NCBI GenBank assembly: GCA_016178045.1
Contig: JACOUE010000034.1
Span: 147-64,146, forward strand
DNA from: Chloroflexota bacterium
Lineage (GTDB): Bacteria > Chloroflexota > Dehalococcoidia > SM23-28-2 > JACOUE01
Direction: 5' to 3'
DNA: 64,000 bases
Program-made: the position numbers and the translations under genes
Part shown: positions 28,857 to 38,476 of the stretch, piece by piece
Position numbering within the stretch: the first letter of the stretch is position 1
Layout of the letters: each line of letters begins with the position of its first letter
The notes under the pieces: generated by a model
Seen by the model: only the letters and a program-made list of their open reading frames with translations
Told to the model about the DNA's origin: nothing
Databases searched by the model: none

Positions 28857-29615
28857 ATGGGCAAGCTGGACGGTAAAGTTGCTGTCGTCACCGGTGCGGC
28901 CTCGGGCATTGGCCGGGCGACGGTTCTGCTCTTCGCCGAGGAGGGGGCGAAGGTGGTCGGCGCCGACTGGGATGAGAAAAGAGGGGCGGAGGTCGTCGAC
29001 GAGATCCGCCGGGGAGGGGGCGAGGCCGTCTTCGTGAAGGTGGACGTCTCGAGTCCGGGGGACGTTCAGCGGATGGTGGGGACGGCGGTGGAGGCCTGCG
29101 GCCGGCTCGACATAATCTTCAACAACGCGGGCATCGAGGGGGAGCAGGCGCCGACGGCGGACTGCACGCTGGAGAACTGGGACCGGGTGATCAACGTCAA
29201 CCTCAAGGGCGTGTTCCTGGGGATGAAGTACGCCATCCCGGAGATGCTGAAGAACGGCGGCGGGGTGATCATCAACAACGCGTCGGTGGCGGGCATGGTG
29301 GGGTTCCAGGGGATTCCGGCGTACTGCGCCTCGAAGGGCGGGGTCATCCAGCTGAGCCGGGTCGCCGCTCTGGAGTACGCGCGGCAGAGCATCCGCGTGA
29401 ACGCCATCTGCCCGGGCGTCATCTGGACGCCGATGGTGGAGCGGTTCGTGGCCGGGAACGAAGAGCTGCGGGAGTCGCTGACGGCGCTGGAGCCGGTGGG
29501 CCGGTTCGGGATGCCGGAGGAAGTGGCGAGGCTGGCGCTGTTCCTGGCCTGCGAGGACTCTAGCTTCTGCACGGGGTCGCCGTTCGTCGTGGACGGCGGG
29601 TTTACGGCAGCTTAA
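28857..29615 (+). CDS. Short-chain dehydrogenase/reductase (SDR)
   Basis: TGAASGIGRA, NNAG, S..Y...K (YCASK), PG..WTPM. Confidence 0.9.
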   Translation: MGKLDGKVAVVTGAASGIGRATVLLFAEEGAKVVGADWDEKRGAEVVDEIRRGGGEAVFVKVDVSSPGDVQRMVGTAVEACGRLDIIFNNAGIEGEQAPTADCTLENWDRVINVNLKGVFLGMKYAIPEMLKNGGGVIINNASVAGMVGFQGIPAYCASKGGVIQLSRVAALEYARQSIRVNAICPGVIWTPMVERFVAGNEELRESLTALEPVGRFGMPEEVARLALFLACEDSSFCTGSPFVVDGGFTAA

Positions 29616-30018
29616 CGCAGCGCGACGACCGGGCCGAGGCCAGCGCCGGAGCAGCCGCAAGCCGGCGCAAGTGGGCCAGCAGCGTCTCGAAGCCGATGCT
29701 CTTGGCCAGGCAGAACCGTCCGGCCATGCAGCGGCAGACCTCCTCCTCTTGGGAGCCCACGTAAGACGAGAAGATCACGATACCGGACGTGGGGCTGGCG
29801 CGGGCGATCAGCCCATAGGGCTCGGGCGATACGCGTTCACTCCTGCGGGGGTCGAGGAGGATGATGTCGGGCTCCCAGAAGGAGGCGATGTGGGCGGCGA
29901 TCGCGGCGTCGCCGGTCCTGCCGATGACGCTGAAATCGGGCTGGTCGTCGAGGCGGCGGGCGAGGAGCTCGCGCACCTCGGTGTGCTCGTCGACTATCAG
30001 GACCGTTATCTCTCGCAT
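29602..30018 (-). CDS. Stand-alone response-regulator receiver domain protein
   Basis: Start trimmed to ATG 30018 (MREITVLIVDEH). Acceptor Asp in IILLD, S in IFSS, K in LAKS. No output domain. Confidence 0.65.
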   Translation of the reverse strand: MREITVLIVDEHTEVRELLARRLDDQPDFSVIGRTGDAAIAAHIASFWEPDIILLDPRRSERVSPEPYGLIARASPTSGIVIFSSYVGSQEEEVCRCMAGRFCLAKSIGFETLLAHLRRLAAAPALASARSSRCVKLP

Positions 30019-30173
30019 CTCCACGTTCCCCACTTTCCTCACCTTCACCGTAAGGCACCGGGGGTACGGCACGTAGGGCCACACAGACCGACTGACCGCG
30101 TGCCAGTTGGCCCTATTTCTGCGGGACGGCAGCATCAAGGCGGCTGAAGTATAATTGCCGAGGGGGGATTCGG

Positions 30174-31544
30174 TTGAGCCTTCGTGTCCTCAGGGTCATA
30201 GCGATCGCCGGTCCGGTCGCGTTCGCCATCGGGCTCGGGTTCCTGACCGATCAGGTGCTGGAGCGGACCCTGGCGGACCATCTGGCGCACATCGTCGCCA
30301 CCGTCATCGTTGCCCTGGGCGTCACGATCTTTGCTCTCTGGATCTTCGGCCTGCTGAACGAGATGTACCGCCAGTTGGAGCAGAGGCGAGAGCTGGAGCG
30401 GCAGCGGGCCGAGGAGTGGAAGGCCCTGTTCGAGGTGGGCAAGGAAGTTACGGCGTCGCCGGATCTGCAGGGCGTGCTGCAGTCGGTGGTGGAGCGGGCG
30501 GCGCGGCTGCTCGGCTCTGATGTGGCCGCCCTCATGCTGCTGGAGCCGGACGAGAAGTACCTCCGGATGACCGCCCACGTTGGCATGCACACGGCGGGGA
30601 TGGAGCAGCTGCGCCTCCTGGCGGAGCACGGCCTCCAGGGGTACGTGCTGGAGACCGGGAAGCCGGCGGTCGTCCACGATTACCAGAGCGACCCGCGGCT
30701 GCGGAACCGTCCCGCCAGGCTGGTGGCGGAAGAAGGGATGGTCTCCGCTATCTCCGTACCGTTTTCCGTCAAGGGTAGGGTCCTGGGCACGCTCTCCGTG
30801 GGGAACCGGCAGCGCACGGAGTTCAGCGAGCGCCACGCCGAGCTGCTGGCGGCCTTCGCCAACTGGGCGGCGGTGGCGGTGGAGACCAGCGCCCTCTACG
30901 ACCAGGTCGAGAGCCTGGCGCGGCTGGAGGAGCGTGACCGCATCGCGATGGACCTCCACGACGGTATCATCCAGTCCATCTACGCCGTCGGTCTGAACCT
31001 GGAGGAGGTCGCCGAACGGGCGGGCGAGTCGCCCGACCGGGTGCGGGAGCGCCTGGACACGGCCATCGACAGCCTGAACGCGGTCATCCGGGACATCCGC
31101 AGCTACATCTTCGACCTGCGCCCCGAGGTATCCCAGGTGCCGGACCTCTCGGTCGCTCTGAATGCGCTGGTGCAAGAGGTGAGAATCAACACGCTTATGG
31201 ACGTGACGCTGGACATGGACGGCGAGGTGGAGCAGGTCAGCGAGGAGCAGGGACTGGCCCTGTATCACATCGTGCAGGAGGCGCTGAACAACGTGGCGAA
31301 GCACGCCAAGGCTTCGTCGGCAGCGGTGAGGCTGCGCTGTGCCGACGGCCACGTGCGGATAGAGGTGACCGACAACGGGGTCGGCTTCGTCACGGACGAG
31401 CAGACGGACGGGGGGAAGCAGGGGCTCCGGAATATGACGGACCGCGCGCGCAGCGTCGGTGCCCACCTCCAGATAAGGAGCGCCCCCGGACAGGGGACGC
31501 GCGTGCGAGTGGAGCTTCCCCTGACGGAGGGAGAGGGAGAATGA
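30174..31544 (+). CDS. Sensor histidine kinase, TM-GAF-HisKA_3-HATPase (NarX/DesK class)
   Basis: Two N-terminal TMs, GAF region, H-box [16 protein letters not shown]-box [16 protein letters not shown]. Confidence 0.9.
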   Translation: MSLRVLRVIAIAGPVAFAIGLGFLTDQVLERTLADHLAHIVATVIVALGVTIFALWIFGLLNEMYRQLEQRRELERQRAEEWKALFEVGKEVTASPDLQGVLQSVVERAARLLGSDVAALMLLEPDEKYLRMTAHVGMHTAGMEQLRLLAEHGLQGYVLETGKPAVVHDYQSDPRLRNRPARLVAEEGMVSAISVPFSVKGRVLGTLSVGNRQRTEFSERHAELLAAFANWAAVAVETSALYDQVESLARLEERDRIAMDLHDGIIQSIYAVGLNLEEVAERAGESPDRVRERLDTAIDSLNAVIRDIRSYIFDLRPEVSQVPDLSVALNALVQEVRINTLMDVTLDMDGEVEQVSEEQGLALYHIVQEALNNVAKHAKASSAAVRLRCADGHVRIEVTDNGVGFVTDEQTDGGKQGLRNMTDRARSVGAHLQIRSAPGQGTRVRVELPLTEGEGE

Positions 31545-32197
31545 GTGAGGACAAGGTGCGGATCCTCATCGTCGACGACCACGAGGTCGTGCGCATGGGC
31601 CTGCGGTCGCTGCTGGAGCGGCGGCCGGGCTTCGTGGTGATCGGCGAGGCGGGGACGGCGGCGGAGGCGGTGCGCCAGGCCGGCCAGGCCCAGCCGGACG
31701 TGATAATCATGGACATCCGCCTACCCGACGGGAACGGGGTGGACGCCTGCCGCGATATCTGGGACGCCAACCCGGATACGAAGGTCATCATGCTCACTTC
31801 CTACGCGGACGAGGAGGCTTTGTTCGGCTCTATCATGGCGGGCGCTTCAGGGTACGTGTTGAAGCAGACGCGGGGACAGACGCTGGCGGAGGCGATCGAG
31901 CGGGTAGCGGGCGGGGAGTCGCTGCTGGACCCTTCGGTGACGGCGAAGGTGCTGGAACGGATGCGGCGTCTGGCCTCCGGCGAGACGGACGAGCTGGGGG
32001 CGCTTTCGCCGCAGGAGCGGCGGATCCTGGCGCTGATCGCGGAGGGGAAGACGAACAAGGAGATCGCCCAGGAGGTGTACCTGAGCGACAAGACGGTGAA
32101 GAACTACGTCAGCAGCATCCTCAGCAAGCTGAACCTGCGCCGGCGCTCCGAGGCCGCCGCCTTCATGGCGGAGCGCCGCCCCCGGCGCCTGGAATAG
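31541..32197 (+). CDS. NarL/LuxR-family response regulator
   Basis: ATGA overlap with the kinase gene. REC ([22 protein letters not shown]) plus HTH ([35 protein letters not shown]). Confidence 0.92.
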   Translation: MSEDKVRILIVDDHEVVRMGLRSLLERRPGFVVIGEAGTAAEAVRQAGQAQPDVIIMDIRLPDGNGVDACRDIWDANPDTKVIMLTSYADEEALFGSIMAGASGYVLKQTRGQTLAEAIERVAGGESLLDPSVTAKVLERMRRLASGETDELGALSPQERRILALIAEGKTNKEIAQEVYLSDKTVKNYVSSILSKLNLRRRSEAAAFMAERRPRRLE

Positions 32198-32435
32198 TAC
32201 CCTCGGTGCCGGTCAGTTCCGAGGCGATACGCTCGAACTCCTCGCGGTTGATGGCGCCGCGGGCGTAGCGCTGACGGGCGATCTCCAGGGCGTCATTCTG
32301 TCGCCTCTCCTTTCCTCCACCGACCACCTGGGAGATGGCCCAGACGATGGCGCCGATAACGATCGCCCAGAAGAGCAGCATCCAGAGGCCGCCGAACAGC
32401 ATCCACCAGCCCATCCCTTCGTGGACTCCCCACAT
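32163..32435 (-). CDS. SHOCT-domain membrane protein
   Basis: One TM ([25 protein letters not shown]) plus a C-terminal [23 protein letters not shown] motif. Confidence 0.75.
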   Translation of the reverse strand: MWGVHEGMGWWMLFGGLWMLLFWAIVIGAIVWAISQVVGGGKERRQNDALEIARQRYARGAINREEFERIASELTGTEGTIPGAGGGAPP

Positions 32436-32478
32436 GTTGACTCCTCCTCCCTAACGCGCACGACGCGCCGTCGGCCGG

Positions 32479-33006
32479 TTAGCCCAGCGCATACTCGAGC
32501 GGGCGGACGCGCTTGACGGGCTCCCACCTCTCAATGAGGCCGTCGAGGCCGAGGATACGGCCGGCGCCCAGGGCGCCCAGCAGGGCCATGAGCAGGATGT
32601 AGACGATGTGCTCGTCCAGGAACGGGTTGAACTCGGGCCAGAGCTGGGCCAGGTAGAATAGGAACAACTGGGCCGCGCCCATGAGCAGGCCGAAGCGGGT
32701 GAAGATCCCCAGAATCAGCGAGAAGCCGATGAGGATCTGGCCGTAGACCACCAGCGGGTCGACGACGTTGATGGCGACGTTGCTCTCGCCCATGTTGACG
32801 AAGAGGTCCTTGAGGGGCCCCTTGGAGGCGTTGACGAGGAAGCCGCTGGCGGAGAAGTCGGTGATGAGCTTGTCGAAGCCGGCCCAGATGAAGATGAAGC
32901 CCATCGACAGCCGCAGCAGCAGGGCGAAGACGGGGATGACCAGGTCCACGTGCCGGTAGTGGAGATCGCGTCCCGCCACTTTGAGGGTGTGCGTTGTTTC
33001 CTGCAT
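32479..33006 (-). CDS. DoxX-family membrane protein
   Basis: Four TMs with the typical LLLRLSMGFIFIWAGFDKL N-terminal motif. Confidence 0.8.
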   Translation of the reverse strand: MQETTHTLKVAGRDLHYRHVDLVIPVFALLLRLSMGFIFIWAGFDKLITDFSASGFLVNASKGPLKDLFVNMGESNVAINVVDPLVVYGQILIGFSLILGIFTRFGLLMGAAQLFLFYLAQLWPEFNPFLDEHIVYILLMALLGALGAGRILGLDGLIERWEPVKRVRPLEYALG

Positions 33007-33062
33007 GTCCGTTCACTCCTTTCCCTCGGAACTTCGCACGATAGGTGCGATCATTCCTCGAT

Positions 33063-33248
33063 CTAAGCGACCTTGGTCGCCGTGACCGGCCGCTTCCGGG
33101 GCAGCTCCCGCAGGCTCAGGGCCAGCCGCTTTTCCTGCTCCGGCTGCAACGTGTGGCCGCACTGAATACAGGCGATGTACGACCCATAGGTGTCGGCCTG
33201 GAGAAGCAGGTCGCCCTGGCAGCGGGGGCAAGCCTTGAGCCACAGCAT
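33063..33248 (-). CDS. Small zinc-ribbon protein
   Basis: Start trimmed to ATG 33248 (AAAGGAGC SD). CPRC..(16)..CIQCG. Confidence 0.55.
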   Translation of the reverse strand: MLWLKACPRCQGDLLLQADTYGSYIACIQCGHTLQPEQEKRLALSLRELPRKRPVTATKVA

Positions 33249-33383
33249 GTTCAGCTCCTTTCCAGTGCTCTCGCTCACCCGTCGAGCCCAATCTATGCGA
33301 GGCGGGCCTGGATACGGATGAGCCGTTCGGGGGATTTTGGGGGTTACCTTCGGCCTCAGGTGGCCGTGACCTTCGGCCCGTGA

Positions 33384-33671
33384 CGGCTTCCCGCCCCGCG
33401 GCGATGGCTAGCCCACCTGTTCGCCGCGCTCAACTTCCGCAGCACCCGCCTGCCGCTGTTCCGGCTGGGCCTGCTGGGCAACCCGCACCTGCTGGCCGCC
33501 ATCGCGGTGGCGCTGGCGGTGCAGGTGCTCCCCTTCTACGTGCCCTTCCTGAACGACGTGTTCAGCGTCTCGCCGCTGTCGGCGGGAAAGTGGCTGTCGG
33601 TGGTGGCGCTGGCGAGCGTCGCCTTTTGGTCGGTGGAGATAGCGAAGGGAGTCCTGCTGAACAGGAGGTAG
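33384..33671 (+). pseudogene. C-terminal remnant of a P-type cation-transporting ATPase (last ~90 codons only)
   Basis: The frame opens after TGA 33381-33383 with no usable start codon. Translation: AHLFAALNFRSTRLPLFRLGLLGNPHLLAAIAVALAVQVLPFYVPFLNDVFSVSPLSAGKWLSVVALASVAFWSVEIAKGVLLNRR. This matches the Cation_ATPase_C pattern (N.RS...S.F..GL..N..L......L.......P.L...F...PL....W). Confidence 0.7.
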
Positions 33672-33706
33672 CAGGGATGCGGGGTGAGTGGCGGCGCGCC
33701 CGATCC

Positions 33707-34123
33707 CTAGGAGCGGTTTCGGTAGTCGAGGTATTCAACGGCGCCCTCGCCGTTGACCCCGACTACGAAGTAACCCACGCGCTGCCATCCGCCGTTGTCC
33801 TGTCTCAGGGCCAGGAGCACCTGCCTACCCTCCAGTTCCCCGGCCATAAGGTAGAAGTCGCTGCCGAGGCGGTCGAGGAGTCTCCGCAGTCCTTGCAGGA
33901 CGGCTTCGCTTCCGGAACCGGCGTAGAAGGACGAGCGAACGTTCGGTGCGAAGATCCGGGCCAGGGCCTCTTCGGCGACTGGAGAGCGCGCGTGCATCCA
34001 GTCCGTCATGCGGCGGGCGAACTGGACAAGGGCTGACGTTGCGGCTTGTACAGGCATGACATGGCCCGGGCGCTGAACCATAACGACCTCACCTACCAAC
34101 TCATAAACAATTGACGGGACCAT
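33707..34123 (-). CDS. Hypothetical protein
   Basis: 138-aa ORF, coding-like composition, no motif recognised. Confidence 0.5.
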   Translation of the reverse strand: MVPSIVYELVGEVVMVQRPGHVMPVQAATSALVQFARRMTDWMHARSPVAEEALARIFAPNVRSSFYAGSGSEAVLQGLRRLLDRLGSDFYLMAGELEGRQVLLALRQDNGGWQRVGYFVVGVNGEGAVEYLDYRNRS

Positions 34124-34260
34124 TTGTTACACATTGGTACCTCAATGGCGCTGACGGCATCGAAAAGACTAGAGGTGGGGGTATGTGGCCGCGCCCGCGT
34201 GTAGGGGACGCGGCCACATGTTTTCGAGGAGCCCGCAAGGTTAGTTTCGCCCACCGCCTA

Positions 34261-36054
34261 TTACTCCAAAATACTCTTCCGGCGGCGGCGGTCGAGTAAT
34301 GCGCGCTTGCCTGCCGGGAGCTGGCTGCGAGCGTGGCCGTCGCGCGCCCTGATGCCGGCGGCAACAACAGCGAGGCCAAGGAGGCCGCTGAGACCTGGCA
34401 TGATGGCTCCGGCCGTGTAGGGGAAGTCTCCCTGGTCCCCCGGCCAGTAGGCCCATGAGGGGAGAGAGGGGCTGGCGGGGCCGGACCCGAGCGGGCAATC
34501 GCCCTCATTGTTATCAGCGTCCAGCGCCTCGGCTAGAGTCAGCATGGTCGCGCGGTCTTCGCTGGCGAGTGCGGTATTCACATCAGCTATCACGTCGGCC
34601 GGCAGGCGCGGGTAGGTGACGTCTGGGTGGGACGCGTTCAGCAGGGCGGCGACGGCGGCCCGTAGGAGGATCTGCGCCGCGCCCAGGGCGCCCTCGCCGC
34701 CCTTGAAGGCAAGGGCGTCGAGGAGCGTCACATCGTCAAGGCCGAAGCTGTTTGGCACATCGAAGATGCTCTCAAGGGTCTGGGTCGGCGAGTAGCCGGT
34801 GGGGCCCCACTCGTCGGGGTGTGTTTTCCAGAACCCAGGCGTGCAGGCTGCCGGTGGTGGGGGTGTCGGTGTCACGGTTGGAGTGACCGTGGGTGTCACG
34901 GTCGGAGTGGCGGTGGCGGTCGCCGTAGGGGTGGGTGTGGCTGTCGCCGTCGCCGTAGCGGTAGCCGTCGCCGTCGCCGTGGGGGTGACGGTGGGGGTGG
35001 CCGTCGCTGTAGCCGTGGCCGTGGCCGTGGCCGTGGCTGTAGCCGTAGCGGTAGGGGTGACGGTGGGGGTAGCCGTCGCTGTAGCGGTCGCCGTAGCGGT
35101 GGCGGTGGGAGTAGGCGCCGGGGTGGGCGTAGGCAGAGCGCCAAGCCCCAGCATCGGCACGTCCTGGTTGCCCGAGCCGCGGCTGATCGCGTGGTCGTCG
35201 GCGTCGAGGACCCCGTCGCCGTCGTCAACGACGGCGTCGAAGAGGGCGGCGTGGAGGTTGCCCGTAGGGTTCGCCGCGAAGCAGGCGAAGCGCAGGTCGA
35301 GCCGGACGATCACCTGGTCGCTGGGGTCGAGACCCACGACCTTAACGATCGCTTGCAGTATCTCGGAGTCGGTGTTGCCGAAGCCGGAAGGAACGCTAGG
35401 ATTAGAAGCGGGCTGGAGGCTGGGCTTCTTGAGGTACCGCTGCGAAACCAGTGACACCCCCTCGTCGCTGTCGGGGTTCTTGTTGCCGTTCTCAGCCGTC
35501 TGGCTGGGTGGAGGGAAGTCAACTCGGCTAATCCCGAAGTCGACCACTTGCTTGTAACCTACGGCCTGCTGGCCGTTGTTCCGGGCGTCGAAGTGGAACG
35601 TCAGGAAGATCGTCTGGTCCGAGGCTACGCCGTCGGGCTCGTTGATGGTGACCCTGTTGAAGAAGATGATACGGTCGCCGCACTCGAAGTCGTGGGCCTC
35701 TAGCTCCTCCCGAACGTGCAAGCCCATGTCTCGGTCGTCGTACTGGAGAGCGTCGGGAAATGGCGACCCGTCGGGAAAGGTAGTTCTCTGATTACCCTCA
35801 TCGGCCCCGCGCTGGAAGTAGGTGTCTTCGTGGGCGGCAATGAAGTCGAGGCTGATGGGTTCAGACTGGGCGCCGCTCTCCCCGCTGGCTAGCCACATCA
35901 GGTAGCCGAAGGCGATGATAAGCGCGGCTAGGCCTGCGGCGAGCAGGGGGCGGCTGACTGTGGGGTTGACAATCGGCTGGCCGGAGCGCAGGCGAACCCA
36001 GTAATTGCGGCGCTGCCGGAAGGGGCTACGGCGATCCGCAGATCGCTTCCACAT
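34261..36054 (-). CDS. Cell-surface protein: N-terminal TM, globular domain, long (T/A/P) linker, Cys-containing domain, C-terminal TM anchor
   Basis: [20 protein letters not shown]; linker [47 protein letters not shown]...; [13 protein letters not shown] domain; C-terminal [18 protein letters not shown]. Confidence 0.8.
   Translation of the reverse strand: MWKRSADRRSPFRQRRNYWVRLRSGQPIVNPTVSRPLLAAGLAALIIAFGYLMWLASGESGAQSEPISLDFIAAHEDTYFQRGADEGNQRTTFPDGSPFPDALQYDDRDMGLHVREELEAHDFECGDRIIFFNRVTINEPDGVASDQTIFLTFHFDARNNGQQAVGYKQVVDFGISRVDFPPPSQTAENGNKNPDSDEGVSLVSQRYLKKPSLQPASNPSVPSGFGNTDSEILQAIVKVVGLDPSDQVIVRLDLRFACFAANPTGNLHAALFDAVVDDGDGVLDADDHAISRGSGNQDVPMLGLGALPTPTPAPTPTATATATATATATPTVTPTATATATATATATATATATPTVTPTATATATATATATATPTPTATATATPTVTPTVTPTVTPTPPPPAACTPGFWKTHPDEWGPTGYSPTQTLESIFDVPNSFGLDDVTLLDALAFKGGEGALGAAQILLRAAVAALLNASHPDVTYPRLPADVIADVNTALASEDRATMLTLAEALDADNNEGDCPLGSGPASPSLPSWAYWPGDQGDFPYTAGAIMPGLSGLLGLAVVAAGIRARDGHARSQLPAGKRALLDRRRRKSILE
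34850..35135 (-). repeat. Thr/Ala/Pro/Val linker-coding low-complexity repeat (longest in the window)
   Basis: Degenerate gccgt(g/a)gc(c/g)gt units; the reverse-strand shadow ORFs read [10 protein letters not shown]. Confidence 0.85.
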
Positions 36055-36328
36055 ATTGGCGCTCCCAACTTGCAGCCCTTCCCGCAGGTATCCGGCCTCG
36101 AACAGATGCTGGAAGGCCGCTCGCGCGTAGTAGCGCTAGCCCCTATCACAACATAAACAGCCAGACGGCCATTTTGTTACAGCCCCTGCTCCCGCTAGCG
36201 GGCATTATTGGTCAAGCGTCCATCGAATAATCTGTAACGTTCCCTGTCCCGGCGGCATCCGAACATTTGAGGCCTCTTGACTGCCGTCATTGAGGCGGTC
36301 GAAACCACCGAGGCCGGGGAGTATAAGG

Positions 36329-37390
36329 ATGACCAGGGGCATCAGATGGTGGCGGTTCATTGGCATATGGGGGTTCTTGGCCCTCCTGGCTTTCGCTGGC
36401 GGCGTGGGCCGGTGGGGCGGTGAGAGTCACGCCGCCGATTACCGAGTCAAGGTATTCTATTTTCACCCGAACGATTATCAGCCGGAGACGGCGTACATAG
36501 ATCAGATCGATCCCAGCGTAGAGACCGTCCAGCAGTGGTTCGGTTCGCAGGTAGGCAGGACGTTCGTTGTGTCGCCCGTCGTGGTGGTGAGGGGCGACCA
36601 CGACAGCGGGTGGTACAAGTGCAGCCCGCAACGGTGCGACGGGCTGGCAGTCTGGTTCAACGTGCTGACCGAGCTTCGGGACCGGGGTTATGCCGACTAC
36701 TGTCAGGACCACGCGGTGATGGTGTTCGTCGCCTCAGCCATATCCTTTAACGGCGGGGCGGCCTGCGGCGAGCCGTATACGGCTCAGGTAGGCGGCATCA
36801 GCATGAACCCGGAGACAGTGTTCGACCCGATGCTGGGTCGGTGCGATCCCTCGCACTGGTCATGCGATCCAGATGTCCAGCGGGGGCTCATTGCCCATGA
36901 GCTGGGGCACGCGTTGACGTTGCCCCACCCCAAGGACTGTGGAGTCAGCTACCCCGACTACTGTCAGCAGACCGTGATGTGGGGTTGGACGGGGTTTCCC
37001 AACGTTGGGCTGCTCGACCTCGAGTTCGCGCCGGAAAAGCAGACGCTCGCCGGGTCACCGTTCTTTGCGCAGGCGGACGGCGGCAGCCCGTCGGGCGACA
37101 CCTCCACTGCCGACACCACGCCGCCGACGGTGCAGATCCTGAGTCCGATCGACGGCTCGGCCATCGTGGGGCGCTTCCTCACGATCCAGGCCGCTGCGAT
37201 CGACAACGTCGCCGTGGCAAAGATCGCTCTCTACATCGACTCCAAGCTAGTCTACAGCGGGTCGGGAGCGACCGTGGACTACAAGTGGATGACCAACCGT
37301 AAGGTCGTCCAGGGTGCCCACAACATCACGGTCATGGCGCTGGACGGACACGGCAACTCGGGCTCCACGTCCGTGACGGTATACAAGTAG
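36329..37390 (+). CDS. Secreted zinc metallopeptidase-like protein (HExxH) with C-terminal Ig-like domain
   Basis: Start trimmed to ATG 36329 (signal WWRFIGIWGFLALLAFAGG). HELGHALTLPHP. C-terminal PPTVQILSPIDGS...ITVMALDGHGNSGSTSVTVYK. Confidence 0.75.
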   Translation: MTRGIRWWRFIGIWGFLALLAFAGGVGRWGGESHAADYRVKVFYFHPNDYQPETAYIDQIDPSVETVQQWFGSQVGRTFVVSPVVVVRGDHDSGWYKCSPQRCDGLAVWFNVLTELRDRGYADYCQDHAVMVFVASAISFNGGAACGEPYTAQVGGISMNPETVFDPMLGRCDPSHWSCDPDVQRGLIAHELGHALTLPHPKDCGVSYPDYCQQTVMWGWTGFPNVGLLDLEFAPEKQTLAGSPFFAQADGGSPSGDTSTADTTPPTVQILSPIDGSAIVGRFLTIQAAAIDNVAVAKIALYIDSKLVYSGSGATVDYKWMTNRKVVQGAHNITVMALDGHGNSGSTSVTVYK

Positions 37391-37457
37391 ACTGACCGGG
37401 CGAGCCCCCTGGCGGTTCAAGCTAAGGTTTCGCGAACCTTAGGCGAGGATGGGCGGC

Positions 37458-37534
37458 TGGGGCCCCAGGCGGGACTCGAACCCGCGACCTGCGGTTTAGG
37501 AAACCGCTGCTCTATCCAACTGAGCTACTGGGGC
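37458..37534 (-). tRNA. tRNA-Arg (anticodon CCT), CCA encoded
   Basis: Minus strand GCCCCAGTAGCTCAGTTGGATAGAGCA-GCGGT-TTCCTAA-ACCGC-AGGTC-GCGGGTTCGAGTCCCGC-CTGGGGCCCCA. Confidence 0.9.
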
Positions 37535-37547
37535 CCGAGACGATGAC

Positions 37548-37623
37548 TGGTGGAGATAGCGGGACTCGAACCCGCAACCTCGGCGATGCGAACGCCGCGC
37601 TCTCCCAATTGAGCTATATCCCC
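37548..37623 (-). tRNA. tRNA-Ala (anticodon CGC), CCA encoded
   Basis: Minus strand GGGGATATAGCTCAATTGGGAGAGCG-CGGCG-TTCGCAT-CGCCG-AGGTT-GCGGGTTCGAGTCCCGC-TATCTCCACCA. The G3:U70 Ala identity pair is present. Confidence 0.9.
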
Positions 37624-37633
37624 ACCGCCCTCG

Positions 37634-37663
37634 ATTATAGGTTTGGCCGCTCCAGGGCGTCAA
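37634..37663 (-). promoter_or_regulatory. Promoter of the tRNA-Ala/tRNA-Arg pair
   Basis: Minus strand: TTGACG-N18-TATAAT, ending about 10 nt before the tRNA-Ala 5' end. The -35 overlaps the rimM stop. Confidence 0.5.
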
Positions 37664-38226
37664 CTTAAGGGCTTCCCCTTCCGCCGGCTCGGCAGGAGCC
37701 CCGGGATCACCTCGATCACCATGACGCCCTCGTCCAGGTCTATCTTTTTCACGATCTCGTCCACGGCGGGGACGAGGATCTCGCCCATCATGCCGTGGAC
37801 GACGAAGACGTCCGTGCCGCTAGTCGAGATGATGCGGGTGACCTTGCCCAGGGGGAGGCCTTTCGTACTGCGCACCGCCAAGCCCACGAGCTGGAAGTGA
37901 TAGTACTCGCCCTCGCCCAGGGGCTGGAGGTCCGCCTCCGGTACCTCGAGGTACTGGCCGCGCCACGGCTCGACGTCGCTCGGGTCATCTATGCCGGAGA
38001 GCTTGAGGTAGGCCAGGCCCTTCTGCCAGCGGCAGCGCTCGATGATGCGGCGCTCGCCGCCGAGGTAGACGCTGCGGCCGGGGGCCAGGCGGTCCGGATG
38101 GTCGACCAGGGAGGCGACTTTGACGTCGCCGCGCACGCCCCAGGGGCCCAGGACGCGGCCGACGGCGACGAAGCCGGGGCTGACGTCAGAGGACGGTGGA
38201 CTTTCCCCGTCTTCACGGGGGGACAT
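37660..38226 (-). CDS. rimM: 16S rRNA processing protein RimM
   Basis: FVAVGRVLGPWGVRGDVKV ... PRC-barrel C-terminus; position downstream of rpsP/KH. Confidence 0.85.
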   Translation of the reverse strand: MSPREDGESPPSSDVSPGFVAVGRVLGPWGVRGDVKVASLVDHPDRLAPGRSVYLGGERRIIERCRWQKGLAYLKLSGIDDPSDVEPWRGQYLEVPEADLQPLGEGEYYHFQLVGLAVRSTKGLPLGKVTRIISTSGTDVFVVHGMMGEILVPAVDEIVKKIDLDEGVMVIEVIPGLLPSRRKGKPLS

Positions 38227-38243
38227 TTCCGGCGACGCCTGGC

Positions 38244-38471
38244 TTAGCCTATCTCCAGGATGGCCTTGGTGCCCTTACGAATAGCAGCCACCTTGAGAAG
38301 GGTGCGCATGGCGTTGGCGATGCGCCCCTGCTTGCCGATCACCTTCCCCATGTCCGATTCCGCCACCTTGAGGTGGAAAACCAGGTGGTCCCCCGCGTCC
38401 TCCTCCTCCACGACTACCTCGTCTGGGTAGTCAACAAGGGCTCGCGCCATGAATTCGATGAGTTCCTTCAT
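38244..38471 (-). CDS. KH-domain RNA-binding protein (YlqC/UPF0109)
   Basis: MKELIEFMARALVDYPDEV...GKVIGKQGRIANAMRTLLK; 75 aa; conserved position between rpsP and rimM. Confidence 0.88.
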   Translation of the reverse strand: MKELIEFMARALVDYPDEVVVEEEDAGDHLVFHLKVAESDMGKVIGKQGRIANAMRTLLKVAAIRKGTKAILEIG

Positions 38472-38476
38472 CGTGA

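Noticed and set aside
33380-34036. 218-aa plus-strand ORF from the track.
   Set aside because: The composition is shadow-like. Its 5' part is better explained by the P-type ATPase remnant in another frame, and its 3' part by the minus-strand gene 33707-34123.
34799-35557. Highly periodic sequence ([10 protein letters not shown] / RRGRGRG shadow ORFs; also 3234-3911 and 15868-16318) that could be taken for a CRISPR-like or satellite array.
   Set aside because: The periodicity is 6 nt and degenerate, there are no spacers, and it lies inside long open frames encoding Thr/Pro/Ala linkers of secreted proteins. It is coding low-complexity sequence, not a CRISPR array.
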